Below the pieces are notes generated by a model that saw nothing but the letters and a program-made list of their open reading frames with translations, was not told the DNA's origin and did no database searches. A program made the translations under genes and the position numbers. A stretch of DNA of 64,000 nt, taken from positions 35,712,001 to 35,776,000 of the forward strand of contig NC_135763.1 in the NCBI RefSeq assembly GCF_052425735.1, written 5' to 3'. The stretch comes from Oculina patagonica. Lineage: Eukaryota. Shown one piece after another: positions 55,001 through 64,000 of the stretch. Every line of letters starts with the position of its first letter. Position 1 is the first letter of the stretch.

Positions 55001-58000
55001 ATCCAGAAAATAAGTCGTCGTTTTGCAATATTTAACACGTTCCGGGCAAATTGTACGACTTGTACTCGCTCCGAGCCAAACGCTTGAGTAACACAACAAT
55101 AAATATTTCACACAAACAGAGCGCAGAGTATTCAAACAGAAAATAGGTGAATGATTATTTATATAGCTACAAGCGAGAGATCGCGTGACATGGGTCTGAC
55201 GTAGTGGTAGTTTTAAATAGCTTGGACATGTCCAAGCGGTCTTTGTTTTCGCTATGTGATTATATTCAGCCCTCTCTTCTTGTGAAATATGGAATGAAAC
55301 AAAATTATACATTTTAGAGAGTAGAGTGTTCATGTTAAATGCGAGTGATCGGCTGATCTCTATTAAAAATATTAAATCTTGCGTGACCGTGACAGAAGAG
55401 CCGGCTGGGCCGCGTGGGTCTGGATCGATTTACCGACAAAAAAACAAAAAAAAAATTCCGTGCAGATTATGAATCGGGCCCAGGCCCCGCCCGATTAAAA
55501 ATATTATAATAATTTAAATTAGGTAGTAAATAAATAAAAAAAACATCTTAGAAATGAAGGAAATTAAAAAAAAAAACATTAACAAACAAAAAATTAAAAA
55601 GAATGTGAGATGTGAGACATCAAGAGATCCACCAAAAAGCTACATTTTATGATAATATAAAACTAAGATTGAAACAACTTCAACCTGAAATTTTCCTCTG
55701 CTTCCATTTGCATCAAATATTCTTGTAATACTGCAAAAGAAATTTTAATTTTAATACATAAAATTATTTTGCAGCCAATTTTAACAAATTAAAAAAAAAA
55801 AATTATGCCACCATTTGAAGACTTTACAATCAAATTACATGTTGTACTCTGAGGGAATGCACAGTGGCCTCATCTGTGTTCAATGTGCTGAACTCTGGAT
55901 CCTGAGATCTGTGTACGAGAGTTGTGTTCTGAGTAAAATAATACACGTCACTCAGGTGTCCCTGTCAATTATCCTATTCAGAGTAGAAAAGGGTTTTGGC
56001 AATCTGAGGAAAATACTGACTGGGGCAGAGTCACTTACAATAGACATCTTTAGGGGTAGCAATTTACTCCTCAAGTCACTTCCTAAAGTCTGCGTTGAGC
56101 CTTGTGGCCCATTCAGGCCGCAGCTTATCCCAGTTTCTGTAGCACGAAGTAACTAGGAGTATTTCTACTCCCCCTGGATGGGATTCTAGTCCATTGCAGG
56201 GCTACCCCCAGCATTAGTTTGCCATTACCCATTTACATGTACACCTGGGTGGAGAGAGGCACTATGAAAGTATTTAAAAGTGCCTTGCCCAAGAACAAAA
56301 CACAAGGACCGCGGGCCGCTCAATCCGGAGTCCAGTGCTGCATACATAAAGAGTACTAGTAGCTTAAGCTAGTACATATAAATTTGATAAATACTAAATA
56401 CCTTTCTGCAGCTCTTACAGGGACTGTACTCTTTTCTACAACAATTTTTTCACCATCTGCAACCTCAGCAATGTGCCTTGCTGCTGATTCTATGTACTTC
56501 AAATCTGGTGCACGACCCTAAAATTAATATGAATACATGACAGTTGGGATGTATAAAGTACAGACATTATTTATGGGTTAGAGACTGTTGTGAGTGTTTT
56601 GTTGACAAATACACGCACGCGCTGGCCGCACAATGAACGAGAAATTTTCAATACTGCACGAGGCGTAGCCGAGTGCAGTATTGAAAATTTTGAGTTCATT
56701 GTGAGGCCAGCAAGTGCGTGTATTTGTCAACAAAACACGAATGAACAGACTCTAACCCTTTTAATATACAATCTGAGTACACTGCATCGAACTGCAAGCG
56801 ATCATCGACTTAACGAACTTCAAACAACAAACTTAATGTTTAAAAATAAGAAGTGTAGTAGTACATAATTACACGGGATTACATCAATAATATAAAAATC
56901 ACAAATTAGCCGTACAGAAATAAAACTTAAAATGGTTCATAAAATCGTTCATCAGCTGTGGTCGTTCATAAATACAGTCAGCGAGAAGCTTGTTCAATGC
57001 AAGTAGATGGCTTTCACAATCAAGCAACTACAAGCAAGTCAATCGCAAACAAAAATGTATTTATTGAGCTGCAGTTTACCTTTGAACATGAAAGCGCTTC
57101 AAGTTGTTATCCTCTTAGATTTTGTTTGGTATTGGGTCATTGATAATTTGAGGAATATACTTTTCTTCCACTTCTACAAGCTTTGAAGCTGAAGAAACCT
57201 TCAATAATGCACGATTTTCGTGCATTATTGTCAATACTGCACTGTCTGAGTTTGCTGACGACAGGTAAAGCAAAATCACGTGATCTATTTTAACCAATTG
57301 CGCGCGTGGATTTTGGACAGTGAACGAAGATTGTATATTAATAATAATCAGATGATGCCAAATGTATTTTATTGTGCTATACCATAACTGTGAGAGGGAG
57401 CAGACCCAAACTAAGGGAGCAGGGATGGCACAGTGGTGAGAGTGCTGCCTCCCACCAATGTCGCCTGGGTTCGATTTCAGCCCAGTGCCAAATGTGGTTT
57501 GAGTTTGTTGTTGGTTCTTGCCCTTGCTCCGAGGGTTTTTCCAGGGTTCATCGGTTTTCCTCCCTCCCTCTAGTTTTTACCTGTATTTTGCAAATTTGAT
57601 TATTTTTAACAAGAAAGCAGAATGAAATCATTGCAGCTAAAATGCATTATCTATAAGAAGTGGCAATAGGCAGGAACAAACATAGACGCGAGGTTAACAT
57701 TGATCAGGATTGGCCAAACTTGTAAACATGCAATCAAGACAAAAACAGTAGCTTGAAGAGATGCTCTGGACAGGACAAAAAGGAACTTTTGTTTCATTTA
57801 TTCCACCAGCTCAGTGGCATGGCATAACGTTAAGTACATGTAAGGTCAATTCTCTACTAACGCCATGGCGGTTAATCTGTAGGCAGACACCTACCAAAAA
57901 TCAGCTTACATATATCGGCCCAGCCAAAATATACATGTATACACACACAACATTTCTACCCTTCCTTAAGCAGACTCCTATCTTAAGTGGGCACTTTTTC

Positions 58001-59553
58001 TAGAGACACCCCTTGTACTACTACTTCACATATTAAACGGGTTATGTAAACTTTTGAATTGGACTCATTATTTTTGTCACCTAAACATTAAGCAGGATGA
58101 GCCAAATCCACCAAAACTATCGCAGTAGCATTAAACTATAAAAATACAAAAATAAACATGTATGCTACTGTACTTCTTAGTTTTTCTTATTTTATGTTAT
58201 TTTCTTAGAAAATAAGCAGGATTGGCCAAACTTGTAAAAATGCAATCAAAGGATAAAGACGTTGCTCCAGGTCAAAAAGTAGCAAAAAACCCAGAGAATA
58301 GCAGTTATCCTAACCTGCAATCAGGCGTTATTTTTCTCACGGTGGAAGGTTCACTCCTTCCCTCGGCCGCGAAAAAAAAGAAAGCCTGATCGCAGGTTAC
58401 AGTCATCCTTGTTTCATGTAAATATCTATTTTCTTATTTTATATTGTTGATTCTTTTCCTTTGTTTAAGTGACGGTTGCCTTGTGAATGTGCACTATTTA
58501 TTTAGCTGCTCACATTACAGTGATAAAAAAAGTACAGCTTTCAACACAAATCAAACATTTGGCTTCAATAAGTGAAAACCACAATAGCCCCGCTTGCAAA
58601 CTTATATTTAGCATAACAATATCATCAGGATTTTGTTTTGAATTCCAAGCAAGAGTAGTTCCCAACTGTCCTCTAATCTTTTATGACTGCAATTTTGTAT
58701 TTTTCAATAGACCCTTGTGTTAATCGATGCAATTAAATTAAAATCACTATAACAACGAAATTGCACGGCAAAAATCTGACTTTATATAAACTTCATTATG
58801 TGAGAGGCTATACAGCAGATAGCTAGATAAATATATGGTTAAGGCCAATCTAAGATTGACCACGTAACATCGCATGCATATTTAATTTCCCACTAAAAGC
58901 TATGTTAAGCTTAATTGTTTAAAACATGACATTTAGTCTATTTTAAAGCTATTAAATCCTGCTACTGATTTTTGGCTTTTCGAAGAGTCTAATTTAAGTT
59001 TATTAAAATTCTAGCTCACCTTTCCTAAACCAAACGTTTTTGTCGGCGTGTTAACCTGAAATTAAATAAAAGTCGAAGCCGCTTTGATAAGTTTATACGT
59101 CGGTCGGGGGAAACATAGTTAAGATAGAATCCATTTAATAACAATTCCTGTATCAAATAAATGAATACAATCGATTCACTAGATCAATATACTCACACAG
59201 ATGAAAATTAAGTCCGCTTCGCGAATTGCGCTGTCGATATCATTTGAAAAGAACAGGTTTTTGCCACGACATTGCTTTACAACATCGTCAAGACCAGGCT
59301 GCGAAGATAAAACAAAGAGGCTTACATCATTCAAGAAACAATAAAATATTCTATCAACGGACTTAAATGTAGAGTTTTTAATTTAATTTACCTCAAAGAT
59401 CGGTAATTTTTCCGAATTCCACGAGTCAATTCTGGGCTTACTCAAGTCTACTACTGTAACTTTGATCTCTGGACATTTTAGCGCGATGACGCTACATGTT
59501 GGGCCGCCAACATACCCAGCACCTATACAACAAATAGCTTTGATAGAATTCAT
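40010..59553 (-). CDS. UGDH: UDP-glucose 6-dehydrogenase (483 aa, 13 exons)
   Basis: Exons 59392-59553, 59197-59298, 59020-59055, 56402-56517, 55685-55730, 54405-54480, 53986-54107, 53430-53577, 42964-43189, 42237-42332, 41651-41691, 41439-41530, 40010-40198 (1452 nt, all GT-AG). Motifs [66 protein letters not shown], catalytic [40 protein letters not shown]. Confidence 0.97.
40213..40521. mobile_element. MITE in the last UGDH intron
   Basis: TIR TATATGTCTGAATTTATCAAAACC.GGTCAA / TTGACCCGGTTTTGATAAATTCAGACATATA in a TA-rich site. Confidence 0.7.
40832..41130. repeat. Diverged tandem duplication of a ~150-bp unit
   Basis: GTGACAAA..GTCGAGTTTTATTT..GGGTCATTTCTTTCAG.ATTTGCTAAC.ACAGTTAA..GGATTCG.TACTTT occurs twice. 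Confidence 0.75.
41745..42050 (+). mobile_element. Degraded copy of the tRNA-headed SINE
   Basis: CCCAGGTGTATAAAT.GGTACTGGCGA..GATGGACTA.CATCCCA..GGAGTAGAAATACTCC.AGTCACT body. Confidence 0.6.
43245..43520 (+). mobile_element. tRNA-headed SINE (same family as 29732-30019)
   Basis: GGGAGGTGTGGTGGCTTTATGGTTAGTGC..GGGCAAGACACTTTACTCTCA..GATGGACTAGCATCCCATCCAGGGGGGAGT..GAAACCGGGATAAGCTCC. Confidence 0.8.
44821..45114 (-). repeat. 3' LTR of the BEL/Pao element
   Basis: 293/294 identical to 50553-50846. Confidence 0.95.
45275..50500 (-). pseudogene. BEL/Pao gag-pol polyprotein, 1741 codons, one in-frame TGA in integrase
   Basis: Gag ([14 protein letters not shown]), three Zn knuckles, protease ALLDSG, RT YVDD, RNase H HVFGDAS, integrase H..H..CPGC / GVDYAGP / YSDNGSTF / FERMV, C-terminal WNRWTKEYL. 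ORFs 45986-50500 and 45275-45937 are in frame, separated by TGA at 45986-45988 (IT*KFN, where W is usual). Confidence 0.93.
50530..50549 (-). other. Primer-binding site, probably tRNA-Arg
   Basis: The minus strand reads TGGCACCTCGGACGGGACTC 3 nt after the 5' LTR. Its complement GAGTCCCGTCCGAGGTGCCA resembles an animal tRNA-Arg(CCT) 3' end. Confidence 0.7.
50553..50846 (-). repeat. 5' LTR of the BEL/Pao element
   Basis: 293/294 identical to 44821-45114. Confidence 0.95.
52385..52766. mobile_element. MITE with 3-bp TSD (PIF/Harbinger-like), nested in the Tc1-like element
   Basis: TIR GGCCATCCCCTTTTTTTT / AAAAAAAAGGGGATGGCC with AAA on both flanks. A related end lies at ~54831. Confidence 0.7.
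56085..56340 (-). mobile_element. tRNA-headed SINE copy
   Basis: Same body as 29732-30019 (CTAGGAGTATTTCTACTCCCCCTGGATGGGAT..CCTGGGTGGAGAGAGGCACT..CTTGCCCAAGAACA). Confidence 0.75.
56572..56762. repeat. Long imperfect hairpin (Crypton-like element terminus)
   Basis: GGGTTAGAG..GTTTTGTTGACAAATACACGCAC..AAATTTTCAATACTGCAC-GAGGCGTAGCCGA-GTGCAGTATTGAAAATTT..GTGCGTGTATTTGTCAACAAAAC..CTCTAACCC. Confidence 0.75.
57414..57568 (+). mobile_element. Second tRNA-headed SINE family (5' part)
   Basis: GGGAGCAGGGATGGCACAGTGGTGAGAGTGC..GGGTTCGATT (A/B boxes), followed by GAGTTTGTTGTTGGTTCT..GCTCCGAGGGTTTTT. Confidence 0.7.
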
Positions 59554-59732
59554 TTCTCCAAGGAGTGAATAGACAACTAACGCTTCTCAAACGAAGCGCC
59601 GTGGATTGATTTGATTCAAGTTCTGTTTACTCGCAGCATTTTCAGATTTCTACAAGTGGTCAGCGGGATATCAAAGGGGTATTCCTTTGCTCAACGCTGA
59701 TTGGTTAGTTTTAATTGTAGATCGAGGATACC

Positions 59733-60043
59733 TGGGGCCCGTTTTTCGAAGGTCCCGCGCCCATTCTCGTCCCCATAGCCCTTTCGTTTCTCTTAGCCGG
59801 CTAGGCCTTTCTCGTGCCAAGCCGGCTAAGAGAAACGAAAGGGCTATGGGGACGAGAATGTCCCGCGCCCGGAAAGTATTCCACCAGAAATTAAAAGCTA
59901 TAGTAAAATCTCAAACCTTACAATTACAGAGTTGTTTAATTCTATGATATTTTTCATATGAACAGAGGTTTCCTTCATACAAAGTTTCAGGCCTATACAC
60001 TTCTCTGTTTTTAAAATACAGGGGCTTTCGAGAAACGGGCCCC
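59733..60043. mobile_element. MITE upstream of UGDH containing a nested 99-bp palindromic element (59762-59860, 9-bp TSD)
   Basis: Outer TIR GGGGCCCGTTTTTCGAA / TTCGAGAAACGGGCCCC. Inner arms CATTCTCGTCCCCATAGCCCTTTCGTTTCTCTTAGCCGGCT, with TSD TCCCGCGCC. Confidence 0.75.
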
Positions 60044-60147
60044 TGCCGGGGGTCTGAACAGGACTCGAGGAGATCGGGAAGATCGGACTGAGAGACCGGA
60101 CAAATTCGGGAGCGATTCGGGAGCTGAGGCCGTGGTAGGGGTTTTAA

Positions 60148-60387
60148 CAGGGTCGTAACCAGGTATATGGGATCAGGGATCACAGCCTTGGGATCGGGAT
60201 CACAGCCCCGAGATCGGGATCATGGACCCGGAATCCCGGGTCACAAAGTCATGGGATCCGGATCGACCAGTCGGATGGGATCAGAATGTCAGGGATCAAA
60301 TGTTGCCACATTTTGGGGATCAGGAATCAAAATTTAGAGCTAAAATTTGGGATCAGCGATGAAAAAATATACCTGGTTACGACCCTG
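60148..60387. mobile_element. MITE with CAGGGT termini, GGGATC subterminal repeats, 6-bp TSD
   Basis: TIR CAGGGTCGTAACCAGGTATAT. TSD TTTTAA on both sides. Confidence 0.78.
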
Positions 60388-60789
60388 TTTTAAGGATAAG
60401 GGTCCTCAAATTACGTAACAATACAAGGCTCCCATTCGTAGCTTGGACTACCTGTGGTGCATTTTGTGAAACAGACTAGCAGACTAGCAGTCGAAACGTC
60501 GCGATCAACACGTCAAAGTAACACTTTCGTGAGACAAGGAATTAAACGTCCACCTTTCCATAAAAAATATTTTTTTCTTAACTTAGAGAATAACATTTCG
60601 GAGGCCCCCAACAGGAGTCGAACCCATGACCTTCCAGATACCGATTGGATACTCTTACCATCGAGCTCTGGGAGACTTGCTTGTTGAAAACAAACTACTT
60701 TGTGGCCGCTTATTAGCAAACCCTCATCGAGACGGCCGAAAGTTGGCCACGGCCGCTTGATAGAGGTGGTCGCTAAATAAGAGTTTTAT

Positions 60790-61299
60790 CACAGGCAGAC
60801 CACCCTATGTGTTCGTGGTTAATAATTGTTCACTTAAGACGAACAATAGAAATATGTTAAAAAAAAAACTTATGTTGAAATCTATGAGAGTTACGAATAC
60901 AGCTCTGAAAATTATATTTATAAATGAACCTCGTTCTAAATATTTCAATAAAGGTGAATTAAATGTTAATCTACTGATGTGTGGTGTTTTTTTCGCGTTC
61001 TGGGCCGTATTAAGCGTTTTTTTCGTATGTAACGTTTTACCGACCTCCGGCCGAACGTAACATACGAAAAAAACGCTTAATACGGCCCAGAACGCGAAAA
61101 AAACACCACACATCAGTAGATTAACATTTAATTCACCTTTATTGAAATATTTAGAACGAGGTTCATTTATAAATGTAATTTTCAGAGCTGTATTCGTAAC
61201 TCTCATAGATTTCAACATAAGTTTTTTTTTAACATTTTTCTATTGTTCGTCTTAAGTGAACAATTATTAACCACGAACACATAGGGTGGTCTGCCTGTG
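60790..61299. repeat. Near-perfect 510-bp palindrome (foldback element), ~247-bp arms, ~17-nt loop
   Basis: CACAGGCAGACCACCCTATGTGTTCGTGG... mirrored to ...CCACGAACACATAGGGTGGTCTGCCTGTG. Loop TTACCGACCTCCGGCCG at about 61037-61053. Confidence 0.92.
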
Positions 61300-61306
61300 G
61301 ACAAAT

Positions 61307-61480
61307 ATGGCAAATATGGGGCGTTTGCTTGCACAATTCCTTCACGTGAACACTAAACAAATTTGGCAATGGACTCAACAGGAGTTCATGGATTCAACAT
61401 GTGCAACAGTAATATCACTGGATTCCGAACGCAAGTGGTGCATTGCTCTCGATTACTCGCAGTGGATTGAGCCGTACTCG
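61307..61480 (+). other. Candidate first coding exon of an unidentified gene or pseudogene divergent from UGDH
   Basis: ATG-initiated 58 open codons (MANMGRLLAQF..KWCIALDYSQWIEPYS) ending at a consensus donor TCG|GTAAGT. No convincing downstream exon was found. Confidence 0.25.
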
Positions 61481-61629
61481 GTAAGTTTTTTCGTTGTTTA
61501 CATACTTGTACCTACAATTTTTCCACAGAATAAGATATTAGACATTCTTTTGTATTTTGGAGGACCTATTTAAGCAGCGCTGGCATGTTTGGCTTTAACA
61601 AAGGACATGCAGATTTTGTTATGACACAT

Positions 61630-62300
61630 GTCAACTCCCGATAACTCGAACCTTCAAGGGAAATTGAAAAAGGTTCGAGTTATCGGGAGTTCGAGTAATC
61701 GGAAGTTGAGAACAAATTGACCAGAGGAAAAAGGGATGTTAACTGTTTTTCTGTTGTAATGTACATTTTTCAGTATCAAGTTTAATTACAGTATTGAGAA
61801 GTCGAGTAAAAATTAAACAACACATTTCTAAATTACTGTATTAATCATAACAGCGTAGTCAACGTAATTTGAAACAAAACAAAGCAAAGCAGCAGGAGGA
61901 GAAGTCCGGGTACTGCAAACTTTGCAGGTTTCAAAGAGAACAATGTCGGGCTAGTGCTGCAGGGTTCATGCGATTTACTTTCAGTATTACTATCGACAGT
62001 TATCGATTATTCTTAACTAAACGTCTGTAGCACGTCAATGGCGTGGCACAGTTCGTGTTTTGAGGCCTTCAAGAAAGATTTCAGTCTTTTTGACTACAGT
62101 ATATTGCTTGCTTTGACTTGTCACGTTTTGAAAGGCATAGTTCGAGTTATCGAGGGTAAAATTATAAAGAAAATGACCTAAAGGAAAACGAACATCGGTT
62201 CGAGTAATTAGTTCGGGAGTTCGAGTTATCGAAGGTTCGAGTTACTGAGGGTAAAATTACATGTATAACGGAAATCAAGGGAAAATCGATTTTGGTTCGA
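61630..62300. mobile_element. MITE with TTCGAGTTATCG subterminal repeats
   Basis: GTCAACTCCCGATAACTCGAAC at the left end and multiple GTTCGAGTTA(T/C) units near both ends. The right end is interrupted by another MITE. Confidence 0.6.
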
Positions 62301-62536
62301 GTTGTGTATCAGTCAAATCGAAGGTTCAACATACCCCCCCCCCCCCAGGCATACCCCGGGCATTTGACGCCTTTTCCTTCCCGGGGGGAAGGGAATTTGA
62401 TAATCGAAGTCTTTGCGTGGGTGGGGAATTTGATCCGATCACAGGGAGGTTGTTATTTGAACTTGAACGCAGTAAACGCTATTGGGTTTATAAATGTTAT
62501 AATCATGGCGGAGACCGATTATCTTCAATGTATTAA

Positions 62537-62947
62537 TGTATCAGTCAATTCCAAGTTGCACATCAGTCAAATGCCCCACCAGTCGGGGCTGAAATGTCAT
62601 TGAGTCGGTTTTCTCGTTGAATTGCGGTCGTTTTGCCTACGAGTACGAGCGGATTCGCAAACGACCAGTTACCTTCTCGTTAAACGGACACTCCTGCCCT
62701 ATTTATCAGCTAATTTTAATAGGAAAAGATAGATACGTTAATTGAAACTAGGTACTTTACATTAACGTAATCAAATACTAACTTTACGCGCTTGAGCTCG
62801 CTAGCGTTTTATAGTTTATGACACATTTTGTCAACAGTCAAATGCCCGACCATCCGGGCTTCAGTTCGATCAAATTCCCCACTATCTGGGCCTCAGTATC
62901 GGTCAAATGCCCGGGGGGGATGATCTCGCTTGGAATTGACTGATACA
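62537..62947. mobile_element. PIF/Harbinger-like MITE, TAA TSD
   Basis: TIR TGTATCAGTCAATTCCAAG / CTTGGAATTGACTGATACA, with TAA on both flanks. Confidence 0.78.
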
Positions 62948-64000
62948 TAATTATAGGGGAAAAAATTGTGTGGTCTATTTATAAGGCCGGTATATATGCT
63001 GACAAGATTTTACGAGCATAGGAAGCTATACAGATAAAACAGTTATCTGGTTGATTATTAATTTGTTCCGGGGTTGGGGACATTTGATCACTGAAAATGG
63101 GCTTGTAGTTGGGCATTTGAACGGCTTTTTGGCTCAGATGCAGTCGCATTATTTTAGCGTTCTAAATCTTCGCTGTTTATCTTCTCCATACAACTTGTTA
63201 TCATGTCTCATAAAGTTCCCAAATTCTCAACAGTTGCTCGTGTAGCTTTTCCGCGTCCACCGAAAGGTCACATTCTAACCTGCAAATGAAAAAAAGACGC
63301 CTGATTGCAGATTACTAGTCACGTTTGACTCACACAGCCATGACGCTTTTATAAAAAGAATAATGGATAGATAGTGAATTCTTCGCTTTCTCGAAACGTA
63401 TAAAGCTTGGGATTTTTGAGCTTTTAGCCTAGGATTATGCTCTCACAAACCAATTCCGCAGTTTGGTTAGTGCAACAGGGGCTTTTGTGGGGATTTAGCT
63501 CTATAGCTGAGCGGGAGGTGCCCTGCTACCTTCCGGGATCTTTTATATCAAGTGGTTAAAACCATCATCAAATAACGTAACATGGTGTTTAATGGCGATC
63601 TTGACTCATTCACTTTCAGGCAGAGCTCAAAGTTATTACAAAAAGGGCAACTGTCATAAACAAGTTGTAGCCAATAGCGTTTCGACAACTCAGTTTGACT
63701 TACGTAAGCTGGGCTATACAAAATTAATAGAGAAAATTCTAAGGATAATACTTTTCGCGCCCTTAAAACCTAGAGCTCATTTCTTATTCGAAGGCTTTGT
63801 TCTGAGAGCAGGTGCAAAACACCTATACAACTAGGCCCGTATTGTGTTGTTTAAAAATCTACCTTTTAAAAGCAATAAAGTAGATTCAAGTTGCTTGTAT
63901 AGCAGTTGGACCAGTGCCTTTCTCCGTGAGTGTGCTCTGATATAAAACATCGCAACAATTAATTCGATTTAAATCGATCCTCGACCGTAACAAACAGAAC

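Noticed and set aside
60600-60675. Possible tRNA gene (minus strand)
   Set aside because: It has a B-box-like GGTTCGACTCC but no complete cloverleaf, so it is most likely a SINE head. The same applies to the heads at ~30019, ~43245 and ~57414.
60805-61218. Mirror-image ORFs on both strands
   Set aside because: They are an artefact of the palindrome.

Overview
AT-rich, intron-containing animal DNA; the gene families and repeat landscape suggest an anthozoan cnidarian, probably a stony coral (inference). Splicing GT-AG exons by hand gives four protein-coding genes. (1) The 3' part of a PAN/apple-EGF-Ig-Ig-CASPR/fibrinogen-like gene (+, to 3335). (2,3) A head-to-head pair of paralogues 754 bp apart, each with 3 H-type-lectin-like domains, a follistatin/Kazal domain and 3 more H-type-lectin-like domains. 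Gene A (-, 21206..5992, 14 exons, 670 aa) starts with a signal peptide. Gene B (+, 21961..37857, 15 exons, 740 aa) starts with an acidic, tyrosine-motif cytoplasmic tail and a type II transmembrane anchor, and apparently begins at CTG rather than ATG. (4) A complete 13-exon UDP-glucose 6-dehydrogenase (UGDH, -, 59553..40010, 483 aa). UGDH intron 8 holds nested transposons, including a young BEL/Pao LTR retrotransposon (LTRs 293/294 identical, one nonsense codon in integrase). The rest is MITEs, SINEs, a LINE fragment, a Penelope remnant, foldback palindromes and micro/minisatellites. The best candidate for an undescribed system is the secreted plus membrane-anchored six-domain lectin pair. All family assignments come from motif recognition by eye, not from database searches.
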